A stretch of 48,375 nt of DNA, from the IMG/VR virus record IMGVR_UViG_3300038443_000660, positions 194,082-242,456 of that record; one strand, given 5' to 3'. The DNA is from a virus (taxonomy: Duplodnaviria; Heunggongvirae; Uroviricota; Caudoviricetes). Under the pieces are notes generated by a model. It saw only the letters and a program-made list of their open reading frames with translations. It made no database searches and was not told where the DNA came from. Shown here in pieces: positions 9,428-18,400 of the stretch (position 1 is the first letter of the stretch; each line of letters begins with the position of its first letter). Made by a program: the position numbers and the translations under genes.

Positions 9428-9627
9428 TGAAAAAATTAAGAGTTAAGCGATACATCAGCCGAACAAATTGGTCTGGCTATCAGCTATTACAAGAAAAGCG
9501 ATGGTATGGTTGGAAAACTATCGACCGTGAGGAAATTCCGGGTGATGTCGCTATTATGTTTGCATGTTTTGGTGATACCGGAAGTTGGAAATCAAAATTT
9601 TCGGAACATATTCAAATATCCTATTGA
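9427..9627 (+). CDS. Hypothetical protein (start at MKKLRV)
   Basis: TAATG stop/start overlap. Confidence 0.6.
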   Translation: MKKLRVKRYISRTNWSGYQLLQEKRWYGWKTIDREEIPGDVAIMFACFGDTGSWKSKFSEHIQISY

Positions 9628-9651
9628 CATTCTATAAAAACATATTATTGT
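9624..9651 (+). promoter_or_regulatory. Sigma70-like early promoter
   Basis: TTGACA-16-TATTGT. Confidence 0.45.
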
Positions 9652-9690
9652 GCTGAATATAGTCATTTGTTTATGAGAAAGGTGATTTTA

Positions 9691-9924
9691 ATGACTGATA
9701 AGGTAAATCGGGTTCGGATGGCACAGATTGTAGCGTATGCTAATTTTCCTGAACTCAAGCGATTCCCCGCTGAAAACCATGTGACGGTGAAGAAGGAACT
9801 TCGCCGCAACTTTGGCAATCTCAAGGAACGCTATGTTCAGGCTGTCCAGCGGCTCAATGAGGAACAGCGTGGTTGCCCTGTCGAAATGCCAGTGCTAAAC
9901 GGGTTGTTGCCAATGGCCGCATAA
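9691..9924 (+). CDS. Hypothetical early protein ending in LLPMAA
   Basis: AAAGGTG RBS before ATG 9691. Confidence 0.7.
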   Translation: MTDKVNRVRMAQIVAYANFPELKRFPAENHVTVKKELRRNFGNLKERYVQAVQRLNEEQRGCPVEMPVLNGLLPMAA

Positions 9925-9942
9925 CCTGATAATGGAGTAACA

Positions 9943-10194
9943 ATGAACGTAAAGTGGCGAACGGTCCCCGATGGCCGGGAATTGTTGGAACACCGAATCT
10001 TGACTGAAATGGTCAATGATTCAAATCTCCGAAAATTCTGGGAACGAAGGGATTATCGAGATTTGATATATCATGTCATCCTTTTGACGGGCGACATGAA
10101 TGGTCCTTCTATAGTCATTTGGGGTGACGAGAGGGACAGCGAATCGATACGTGCCGATTTTGAAGAAGAAACACATTGGAAATTTGGAGTCTAA
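9943..10194 (+). CDS. Hypothetical protein
   Basis: GGAG RBS; last ORF before the CRISPR mini-array. Confidence 0.65.
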   Translation: MNVKWRTVPDGRELLEHRILTEMVNDSNLRKFWERRDYRDLIYHVILLTGDMNGPSIVIWGDERDSESIRADFEEETHWKFGV

Positions 10195-10213
10195 ATAATA
10201 CTTGCGGTAGACA

Positions 10214-10312
10214 GTCACGCCTCGTGCGGGCGTGTGGATTGAAACCAGTTGGCGGAAGGCGGCGCTGAATTGGTGTTGGCGTCACGCCTCGTGCGGGCGT
10301 GTAGATTGAAAC
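10214..10312 (+). CRISPR. CRISPR mini-array with type I-C-like repeats (2 x 32 bp, one 35-bp spacer); no cas genes in the window
   Basis: GTCACGCCTCGTGCGGGCGTGTGGATTGAAAC (10214-10245) and a copy with one mismatch (10281-10312). Internal hairpin CACGCCT/GGGCGTG and ATTGAAAC end. Spacer CAGTTGGCGGAAGGCGGCGCTGAATTGGTGTTGGC. Confidence 0.9.
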
Positions 10313-10359
10313 GCCTTTTCAAAGCGATTCATTTCATTGTTGTAGACGAGGCAAAGAAA

Positions 10360-10462
10360 ACAGAACTAAGTCGGCGCAACTCACGCCTGTTTCCGTTAAA
10401 TCCGGTTAGGTTACGCAGGCTCCTTCGATGGGAATACCGGATTCGTCCCGACTTAGTTCTGT
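10360..10462 (+). ncRNA. Unidentified structured RNA candidate
   Basis: Perfect 15-bp closing stem (10360-10374/10448-10462); inner 8-bp helix (10399-10406/10436-10443); crossing helix GCCTG/CAGGC; T-rich tail. Strand is uncertain. Confidence 0.55.
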
Positions 10463-10484
10463 CCCATTTTTATTAAATAATTGC

Positions 10485-10515
10485 TTGACTCTAGATTTTA
10501 ATTATAGTATAAATA
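10485..10515 (+). promoter_or_regulatory. Composite early/late promoter for tmRNA
   Basis: TTGACT-17-TATAAA, where the -10 lies within a perfect T4 late consensus TATAAATA (10508-10515). Confidence 0.65.
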
Positions 10516-10519
10516 CTAC

Positions 10520-10828
10520 GTTATGTTGAAGGTGACTAAAAGGTAGGCAGGACCGGAAGGGCGGTGCTTCCGCATCTCCACCATGAATACATCGCCACCT
10601 GTTATCGAAGGTGCAACCACGTCCCGGAGTCTGGCCGGTGTACTCATGATGGGGATGAAATAGGATCGACTGATACTAAGTAGGAATCCAGAGTAACCGT
10701 GCGCAAGCTACGATATCGCAAGAAACACTATAAATGCCAACGATAATGTTGCATTTGAGAACCGCCTAGCGGCGTAATCTCATTGGGTTTGACAGTTTTC
10801 CTCGAAACAGAAAAACTGTCATTTTTTA
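10520..10828 (+). ncRNA. ssrA: Circularly permuted two-piece tmRNA (alphaproteobacterial type); tag (A)ANDNVAFENRLAA
   Basis: Acceptor piece ends CATCTCC-A-CCA (10573-10583) after T-loop GGCGGTG. Intervening segment 10584-10650. Coding piece starts GGGGATG at 10651, giving a G3.U70 pair. Tag frame 10736-10777. Terminal hairpin 10790-10821. Confidence 0.93.
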
Positions 10829-10830
10829 TA

Positions 10831-10859
10831 TTGACAATGTACTATACATATAGTAATAT
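10831..10859 (+). promoter_or_regulatory. Sigma70-like promoter
   Basis: TTGACA-17-TAATAT, 6 nt before ATG 10866 (possibly a leaderless mRNA). Confidence 0.55.
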
Positions 10860-10865
10860 AATTGC

Positions 10866-11195
10866 ATGATGATAGTTGCAGAAAAAGATTTTAGTTTCCT
10901 GATTAAGCAATTACTCGCTGATTCTAGATTCGCTAAATTCAAATCTGTTACTGGTCCCGGTAGATCGGGTGCTGTTGCTTCTGCGTATGCATCCTATATT
11001 CTTAAAATTCCTTTTGTTCCCTATGGAGAACAAATTCCCGAAAATATTAAACCCGTCCTTATCATTGATACGGTTGAAAATTCAGGAAGGACGTTAAGAA
11101 AAGCCAGTGCCAGATACACTAAAAACAGTATCGAAAATGAAACTGCATTTGTCATTAAAGAACCACCAAGAGTCCATTTTTTCTACGAAGTATAA
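10866..11195 (+). CDS. Small type I phosphoribosyltransferase-fold protein
   Basis: GPGRSG loop and VLIIDTVENSGRTL resembling the PRPP-binding motif. Confidence 0.6.
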   Translation: MMIVAEKDFSFLIKQLLADSRFAKFKSVTGPGRSGAVASAYASYILKIPFVPYGEQIPENIKPVLIIDTVENSGRTLRKASARYTKNSIENETAFVIKEPPRVHFFYEV

Positions 11196-11203
11196 TTGTA
11201 AAT

Positions 11204-11446
11204 ATGACATTACCGAATATCTCTAATAGAGAAAGCTTTTCCAAAGACGTTGAACAATTTGTAATCAGAACCGGCACGGACTATATGGATGCTATTCTGC
11301 ATATATGCGAACAACGCAATATAGAGCCGGAAACGGCGGCAAAACTAATCAACACCAACATCAAGAACATGTTGGAACGACAAGCGTCCGACCAGAATCT
11401 TTTGAATCATGATTCAGTAGTTTCCGATGAAATAGAATTTGAATGA
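11204..11446 (+). CDS. gp33: Late transcription coactivator
   Basis: FSKDVE...YMDAILHICEQRNIEPETAAKLI; directly upstream of gp59 and gp32 as in T4. Confidence 0.88.
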   Translation: MTLPNISNRESFSKDVEQFVIRTGTDYMDAILHICEQRNIEPETAAKLINTNIKNMLERQASDQNLLNHDSVVSDEIEFE

Positions 11447-12024
11447 TAGAACTAGAAGCGTGTAAAACACGATTTGTTGCACTGAAATTACATTTTACCT
11501 CGAATTACGATTATGTGAAATATTCGGGTGCTGTGAAGCGACAGGTCATCAATAAGAATGAAAAATGGGCCGTCTCAAAGATTTGCAAGAAATTTGAAAA
11601 TGAAGATGCTGTATTCAGTTTCTTTCTATCAACCATGCTTGATATGTATGGACGAAATGGCAAGATAGAAACCTATATCGGCCACTATGCTTCACCAGAT
11701 GCTTTCGATAATTTTGAAAAAAACATTGGCTGGTGGAAATCACTTTCTGATAACTTCCATGAAGCCGTACCAAATATGTTTGATGCGATGGTAATCAAGG
11801 AAAATGAAAACCATCCCCAGATATTTGTGAAATACTTGGATAAAGAAGTCAGTTTTAATATCATAGTAGCAATAGTTCTAGCAATGCCAAAAGTTATCGA
11901 GTATTGGCGTTCACATTCTGCCGACACTATTTTGTTTGGTGAATATTTAAATTTCTTCGATAAGTATATCCCATTGGTTCCCATAGAAAAAAGAAAGAAG
12001 ATTAAAGAAAAAATATTAGAATAA
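11443..12024 (+). CDS. gp59: Helicase loader
   Basis: ALKLHFTSNYDYVKYSG and HPQIF motifs; synteny. Confidence 0.85.
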   Translation: MIELEACKTRFVALKLHFTSNYDYVKYSGAVKRQVINKNEKWAVSKICKKFENEDAVFSFFLSTMLDMYGRNGKIETYIGHYASPDAFDNFEKNIGWWKSLSDNFHEAVPNMFDAMVIKENENHPQIFVKYLDKEVSFNIIVAIVLAMPKVIEYWRSHSADTILFGEYLNFFDKYIPLVPIEKRKKIKEKILE

Positions 12025-12027
12025 TAC

Positions 12028-12056
12028 TTGACTTTAAGATTTTAATATGCTAAATA
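12028..12056 (+). promoter_or_regulatory. Composite early/late promoter upstream of gp32
   Basis: TTGACT-17-TAAATA followed by an A/T-rich leader. Confidence 0.5.
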
Positions 12057-12173
12057 TAAAGACTTACTATGATACTTCTGTGGATACGAAAATAAACTGA
12101 AATACAAATAAACTCAACCAATATATTATTATGAAAGGAAAGTGGATAAGATAAATGAAGGAAATACAAATAC

Positions 12174-13091
12174 ATGTCACTATCTCTAGCAGATTTGAAG
12201 AAAAGCAAGCAATCACGTTTAGATAACGCCATTGCAAAGTCTCAAAAGACTTACGAAAACAGCGGTTCCAATAAGGATGAACGTTTCTGGTATCCGACCG
12301 TTGATAAGGCAGGAAATGGTTCTGCCGTAATTCGACTTCTCCCTCCATCACCACAAGACGGCTTGGAATCACTTCCGTGGACCAAATACTTTGAACATTC
12401 GTTCAAGGGTCCAACCGGCAAATGGTATATTGAGAAGTGTCTGTCATCAATCGGCAAGCCCGATCCGGTAACAGATTACAACAGCAAGCTTTGGGCTACT
12501 GAAAACGAAACGTTCAAGGAACAGGCACGTAAGCAGAAGCGCAAGCAATACTTTGTGTCTAATATCATGGTTGTCAATGACCCTGCCAATCCTGAAAATA
12601 ACGGTAAGGTTTTCTTGTTCCGTTATGGTCAGAAGATTTTCGAAAAGATTAAGGCAGTCATGACTCCCGATGAACAGTTGGGTGAAGAACCTAACGATCC
12701 GTTTGATTTCTGGACCGGCCAGAATTTCAAGATCAAGATTAAGCAAGTCGGTGGTTTCCGTAACTACGACGACTCGTCTTTCTCTAATCCTTCGGCTATT
12801 TCGAAGGATGATGCGGAAATTGATAAAATCTGGAATTCACAGTATTCACTTGCTGAATTTACAGACCCATCAAAGTATGAAACCTATGAAGTGCTTGAAG
12901 CCAAGTTGGCTAAGGTACTCGATTTGAACAATGAACCTTTGGCAAAGACCGCCGAAAGAGCGTCATTGCAGATGGATACGGATTATCATACTGACTCGTC
13001 GGAATCGGATGACCATTATCAATCTGATAGTTCTGATGATGACGATTCAGACGATGATTTGGACAAAATCTTAGCAGATTTGAAGGACTAA
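12174..13091 (+). CDS. gp32: Single-stranded DNA-binding protein
   Basis: DERFWYP..DKAGNGSAVIRLLP, DPANPENNGKVFLF, NYDDSSF and an acidic C-terminal tail. Confidence 0.96.
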   Translation: MSLSLADLKKSKQSRLDNAIAKSQKTYENSGSNKDERFWYPTVDKAGNGSAVIRLLPPSPQDGLESLPWTKYFEHSFKGPTGKWYIEKCLSSIGKPDPVTDYNSKLWATENETFKEQARKQKRKQYFVSNIMVVNDPANPENNGKVFLFRYGQKIFEKIKAVMTPDEQLGEEPNDPFDFWTGQNFKIKIKQVGGFRNYDDSSFSNPSAISKDDAEIDKIWNSQYSLAEFTDPSKYETYEVLEAKLAKVLDLNNEPLAKTAERASLQMDTDYHTDSSESDDHYQSDSSDDDDSDDDLDKILADLKD

Positions 13092-13097
13092 GAAAAT

Positions 13098-13126
13098 AAA
13101 AGGGGAAGATTAATCTTCCCCTTTTT
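13098..13126. terminator. Bidirectional terminator between convergent gp32 and gp16
   Basis: aaaaggggaagat-ta-atcttcccctttt palindrome. Confidence 0.75.
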
Positions 13127-13652
13127 CATCTACATCACCATTATCATTTTCATCTTCATGTTCTATTGACGAAATCATTTGGTCGAGTGTCCCTGTAAAC
13201 ACAGCCTTGTCGATATAGACACCCTGTTTTCGATTTTCGTCTTTTCCCTTATCATCTGGAAAAAATATTTTTTTCTTCTTTTCCAGATATTCAATCTTTC
13301 TCGTATAAAGCGATACGCTTTTTTCAGAACCATCAATGATAGTTTTCACAAGATTATTTACGGCTATGAAATCTTTATCCTTTTCGGATTCATGAGCGAT
13401 TGCCGCCATTTTTTCCAAAGCTTCTTTGGCAATTTCCAGAGCATCCATGATGTTGTTTCTAGAATCGTCAAAATCTTTTTGAATTTTCATATCTTCCGAA
13501 TCTTGTGGAAAAGCTGCTGACCCACCAAGAACGGGCAATTCATTTTCACTAGAAACCTCATTTTCACTGTTCAGTGAAACTGGTGGTTTTGCTGAAATTT
13601 CATCTTCATCAGCATCAATATCCAAAATTTCGTGTAATAATTTCTTTTCCAT
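13110..13652 (-). CDS. gp16: Terminase small subunit
   Basis: DFDDSRNNI...ALE...AHESE and AVFTGT motifs; follows gp15. Confidence 0.75.
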   Translation of the reverse strand: MEKKLLHEILDIDADEDEISAKPPVSLNSENEVSSENELPVLGGSAAFPQDSEDMKIQKDFDDSRNNIMDALEIAKEALEKMAAIAHESEKDKDFIAVNNLVKTIIDGSEKSVSLYTRKIEYLEKKKKIFFPDDKGKDENRKQGVYIDKAVFTGTLDQMISSIEHEDENDNGDVDEKGED

Positions 13653-14539
13653 TAATTTTTCTTTTCTTCATCTTTTCCAGTAACAGGATTATAATGCAAG
13701 GAATCCTGAAATTCATTAATAGATTCTATGAAACCATAGTCGTCAAATTTATCAATATCTTTCCACGGAATCGATTTATTTGGGTCTGATGTTGGTTGAC
13801 CGTCCGGGGTTAAACCGGGAGTCACGACAATTCTGGCTATGCGACCATGTTGGTTCATATCTTCATAGGTAATGATTTGGTCGCCCGGTAGTGAATGCAA
13901 GTCAACCTGAACACGCTTGATTACACCAGATTTTTGTACAGGACCAAAATACCAAACATCAAGGTCGAAACTCATGGAATATTCCAAAACACGTCTTTCT
14001 TGGAAAGAACCATCATAGATATCTTGCTTGTTAATTGTCTCACTCATGTTCACTCTGATATCATATTTATAGTCGAGTGCAGGAATCAAATTCATGGTCG
14101 CTGAAAAATCTGGATTAAAAAACGGAATAATCTGTTCCACAATTTGCATAACGTCATCCGTATTCACGGACATTACGTATAACTCAAATGATAATTTGTA
14201 TGGAATAGGAAAAAATTGAGCGTATACTTTTCCTGTATCATCTGTGACATTGACCAGCTTGTGAACTGCATTATTTTTCCTAGAGTCGTCTCTAGTCATA
14301 CCAGTGATTTCAAAACCTATTCTAGGTAATTGAATTTTAACCGCTGGTGTATCTGCCGGATGTTTGTTTAATAATGCATACCATTTTTGTTTTGGTGAAT
14401 AGGCAATAGGCACCTTGAATTGTTGTAATTCGTCACCAGATGCCGACTTTCTGACAACATAGATATCATCAAAAAGCGCTCCAAACAGCGCAACATACTT
14501 TCTTGTGGTTGAGGAATAAAAATTTGAAAATCCTAACAT
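13652..14539 (-). CDS. gp15: Tail sheath terminator/completion protein
   Basis: FGALFDDI, VPIAYSPKQK, LPRIGFE and QIVEQIIPFF motifs. Confidence 0.93.
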   Translation of the reverse strand: MLGFSNFYSSTTRKYVALFGALFDDIYVVRKSASGDELQQFKVPIAYSPKQKWYALLNKHPADTPAVKIQLPRIGFEITGMTRDDSRKNNAVHKLVNVTDDTGKVYAQFFPIPYKLSFELYVMSVNTDDVMQIVEQIIPFFNPDFSATMNLIPALDYKYDIRVNMSETINKQDIYDGSFQERRVLEYSMSFDLDVWYFGPVQKSGVIKRVQVDLHSLPGDQIITYEDMNQHGRIARIVVTPGLTPDGQPTSDPNKSIPWKDIDKFDDYGFIESINEFQDSLHYNPVTGKDEEKKN

Positions 14540-14545
14540 ATTATA

Positions 14546-15397
14546 TTACCACTTGAATGCTTCGTTACGTTTCACCCAAGGATTCAATTCAGAGAAATCG
14601 ATAACGCCATCATTTTCTTTATCAAACAATGAATTATCAGCTTGTTTGTCTGAATCTTCTGGATTAATATCTTCTGAAACGATTTGCCCGGTTGAATCTT
14701 CAAGACCAATATTCTTATCATCTTCCATGGTAACGGAATCTCGCATAATATCACCAGAAAACAAATCTTCGATGGAATCGATGACTGGTGAGCCTGTATC
14801 CAATTTTTCGTGAGAGTATTCAAACAATTCAACAAATAAGTCAAACGTAGGCAAGTGACCGCCCTGATAGAATATAGCATCATTCTGAACAAATTTTATT
14901 TCGAACATTCTCTGCATGATTGGTATCCACAGCAAGTCACCTTCTCGTGGCCGGGAATATTCGATGGAATATCCTTCATTGTTGCCATCTTCTAGAAGAA
15001 TGCCGCCAGATTGATCGGGCCAAAACTGATAGACGTACTCTGCTTCAATATTGTCTCCATTCTCATTAACAACATATTCAAGCCTGACTTCTTCAAATCT
15101 TTTTCTGGCCACAGTCAATTTCATTTCATCTTGGATTGTTACACCAAGTTTGGACATTAGTCTTTGCCCGTCGAAGCCTTCGGTATTATGGATATACATT
15201 TCTACTTCAACCGCATCATTAAATTCATTGACAGTAGATTCGCCAAACAAATCGTCAATATTGACGGCAGTTTTTGGTAAATACTTAGTCCACACGCCAT
15301 GAAACTTGATTGCTTCAATAATCAAGTCTTCCTGTAGCTTTTGTGTAGGCCCATATACATAATTATTAACATATTTATTAGGAGAAAGTGATGACAT
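14546..15397 (-). CDS. gp14: Neck protein
   Basis: LIIEAIK, RPREGDLL, FEIKFV and ELFEYSHE motifs. Confidence 0.93.
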   Translation of the reverse strand: MSSLSPNKYVNNYVYGPTQKLQEDLIIEAIKFHGVWTKYLPKTAVNIDDLFGESTVNEFNDAVEVEMYIHNTEGFDGQRLMSKLGVTIQDEMKLTVARKRFEEVRLEYVVNENGDNIEAEYVYQFWPDQSGGILLEDGNNEGYSIEYSRPREGDLLWIPIMQRMFEIKFVQNDAIFYQGGHLPTFDLFVELFEYSHEKLDTGSPVIDSIEDLFSGDIMRDSVTMEDDKNIGLEDSTGQIVSEDINPEDSDKQADNSLFDKENDGVIDFSELNPWVKRNEAFKW

Positions 15398-15421
15398 TTA
15401 TTATTCCGTTTACTCTAATAT

Positions 15422-18400
15422 TTATGCTGATTTCTTTTTATTCTTTGTGTACGGGTCTATCACAGAACCATTCAAATATTGCCCAATATAATCGTCATAG
15501 GTGAACGTTTGTTTTTGTACCTGTCTAGCACTTAAAGTATCGTTCGCATCAGTTGAATTTACAACAGCAACAATACCTTTCAAAGCTTCTGATACGATAT
15601 TATCATCATCTTCATCTACTTCTAGAGATAGATAAACACGTCTCTGGAATTTGATTTCTATTGTGTCATCATCTTCTTGATTTACAGACTCGCCATGATT
15701 GAATACTTCATAGCTACCAACAAGCGTATCATTTCCTTCTGGTATAACTGAATTTGAACCAATTGAAATCTTCGATTGACTGCTAATTGTATCATCGTTT
15801 TCAGTAATATTCACATATGCTCTCGTGGTGTTGAAAGCATTAGATATGATTGTATCAGAGTTTTCAGTTACGTTCAGAACACCACGAGTAGTATTGACAT
15901 ATGTCGATGATAGAGTGTCGTTACCTTCAATAGTCGTTAATTGTGCTTTGATGAGAATTGTTGACTTAATAGAACTCGTATCATTATTTTCATCGATATT
16001 TGTATTTGCTGCTACTACAATTTCTGCGGTGAATAAAGACGTGTCCGAATCATCGGTTTTCGAGAAGCTACCAGAAATTTGTGAATTCGAATCTGTTGAA
16101 ACAGTATCATGCATGTCAAAAGTAAACGACTGTCCAACAATCGGATTTTTTGAGATGTTAGTTACAGTATCATTCGCATCTGTATTATTAGATACACCAA
16201 ATGTTGTAGATTTAACTGCAAATGTTGTTGTATCATTAGCTTCTGCAATATTTACATTGGCAGCAATCGGATTATTGGCTGTTGACGAGAATGTATCTGA
16301 ATCTTCGGCTATATTAGAGATACCAGAAGCAATTGCTCTTGTTATCGATGTCAATGTATCATCTAATTCTGTATTTGCAGCAGAACCAGTAATGTTTGAC
16401 GTTGCCGAAGTACCTAACGTGTCATGAGGCTCAACGATGTTGACATTTGCGGCAATATTTGATTTGCCAGAAGAATTAACCGTGTCATTTTCTTCTGTTA
16501 TGGATACATATGAACCTGCCGTGGTCATGAGCGATGTGAACACAATTCCATCGTCATCTATTGTGACCGAAAGCGATGCTCTTGTGTTCTTGAATGAACC
16601 AGAAACAAGTGTATCGTTACTTTCCGTTGCTGTAAAGTTGCCAGAAACTAAAATCGAAGCCGATATCAATATATCATCTTCTTCCGAAACACCGGTTCCG
16701 GCTGAACTTGTCATTTCTGTAGAATATACGTAACCACCAGAACTATTACCATCTGCCACGGCATAATTCAAACCGTCACCAGATACAGCTACACCAGTCC
16801 AATAATGTTCAAAGCTAGTCGATATTGAGAAGCTTTCCCATGTCGCCCCAAAATCTTTGGACATGTAATATCCATCATAACGAGCAGCCGTAAGAATAAC
16901 AGAACAATCATTAGAGCAAGCGATGAATTGGAAAGTAGGATAATTGTATTCGTCAAAGAAATCATGCGCAACCCAAGTAGTACCAGCGTCATTTGACGTG
17001 TAAATTGAACTACCACCAGTAGCAACTAGATTATTACCATCTGTAGATGAAGCAACATCAAACCAGTAATTCCAAGTAGTATGTTCGGTCCAAGTAGCAC
17101 CAGAGTTTGTTGACGTATAAATGTAGCCATTATAAACAACAGCAACCAACTTTGTTCCATCAGCAGATGATGCAACAGAATACCAACTTCTAGAACCGGC
17201 ACTGGTTTGTTCTGTCCAAGTTGCACCAGAGTCTGTTGACGTGTAAATATATCCACCGTTCACAACAGCAATTAATTTTGTACCATCAGCCGACGAAGCA
17301 ATAGCATTCCACTCTCTGATACCGGAATTCGTTCGTGCCGTCCAAGTCGCACCGGAGTCGGTTGATGTATATACATAATCATTGTAGATAACAGCGGCTA
17401 ACTTTGACCCATCATCCGATGTTGTTATATACTGCCAATCTTTTACGCCAACTGTAGTTTGTTCTGTCCAAGTCTCACCTGAATCTGTTGAACTATATAG
17501 ATATCCGCCGTAAACAGTGGCATATTGTTTAGTTGCGTCTTTCGACATAACCATCTGATAAAATTCATGAAGTCCTGATGATGTTCTTTCAACAAGGTCA
17601 TATGAAGGTTCGCCACTTCCGGCAACAGTCGGGTCGAGTTTACCAGTTATTAATATAGTTGAATTTGCGTTTATAGAATCATCATTTTCGACATTTTCTA
17701 CAGAGCCATGAAGAGTCGTGCCTGCCACAAAAACTACTGTATCACTGATTTCTGTTTTAATCAGAGCACCACTATTCGCAACTCTAGACGTTGTGGTAGT
17801 AGAATCATTATCTTCAACATAGTTAAATGACGCCTTAAGCGACGTTAAGGCGGTAGACGTAATAGTATCACTGTCTTCCAACCATTCACCAGCCGTTGAT
17901 TTAACAGCGATTACAGAAGCACCAGAGAAGGTATCGGAATCTTCTGTATTTGTAGCAGCAGAAGCAACGATATTTTTTGCGTTCGCAACAAATGTGTCTG
18001 AATCTTCAACATTCACAGAAGACGATTTTATAGAAACTTTAGATGAGCCGGATAGAGCATCGTTTATTTCGATAACATTCACACTTGCTCTATTATTAGA
18101 GAAACCATAGGCATTTGAAATATAATCGTCACTATCAGATTTGTTAAATTGAGCGTGTACTGTAGTTACAGCAGTTGACGAGAATGTATCATCATCGTCG
18201 GTTGCACTTCCGCTTGCTTTAATTGTAATTTTTGTTGTAGAAGTTACCGTATCGGAAGCTTCCGTTACATTCAATTGAGTTGTTGAAGCAAGTTTTGCAG
18301 TAAAATTTACAGTATCAGAATCTTCAATACCGTTCAAAGATGCTCTATTTGAACTGAAACCATAGGAATCCGAAATATAATCATCTTCTTCAATGCCAAT

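Noticed and set aside
10348-10400. Third CRISPR repeat
   Set aside because: No repeat at the expected 67-bp period; only an 8-nt match at 10381, out of register
10249-10476. 75-aa ORF across the CRISPR spacer, repeat 2 and the stem-loop
   Set aside because: TTG start inside the spacer, no RBS, and the region is better explained as RNA
8566-11195. cas or recognisable anti-CRISPR genes near the array
   Set aside because: No Cas motifs seen; the small ORFs cannot be called Acr without a search
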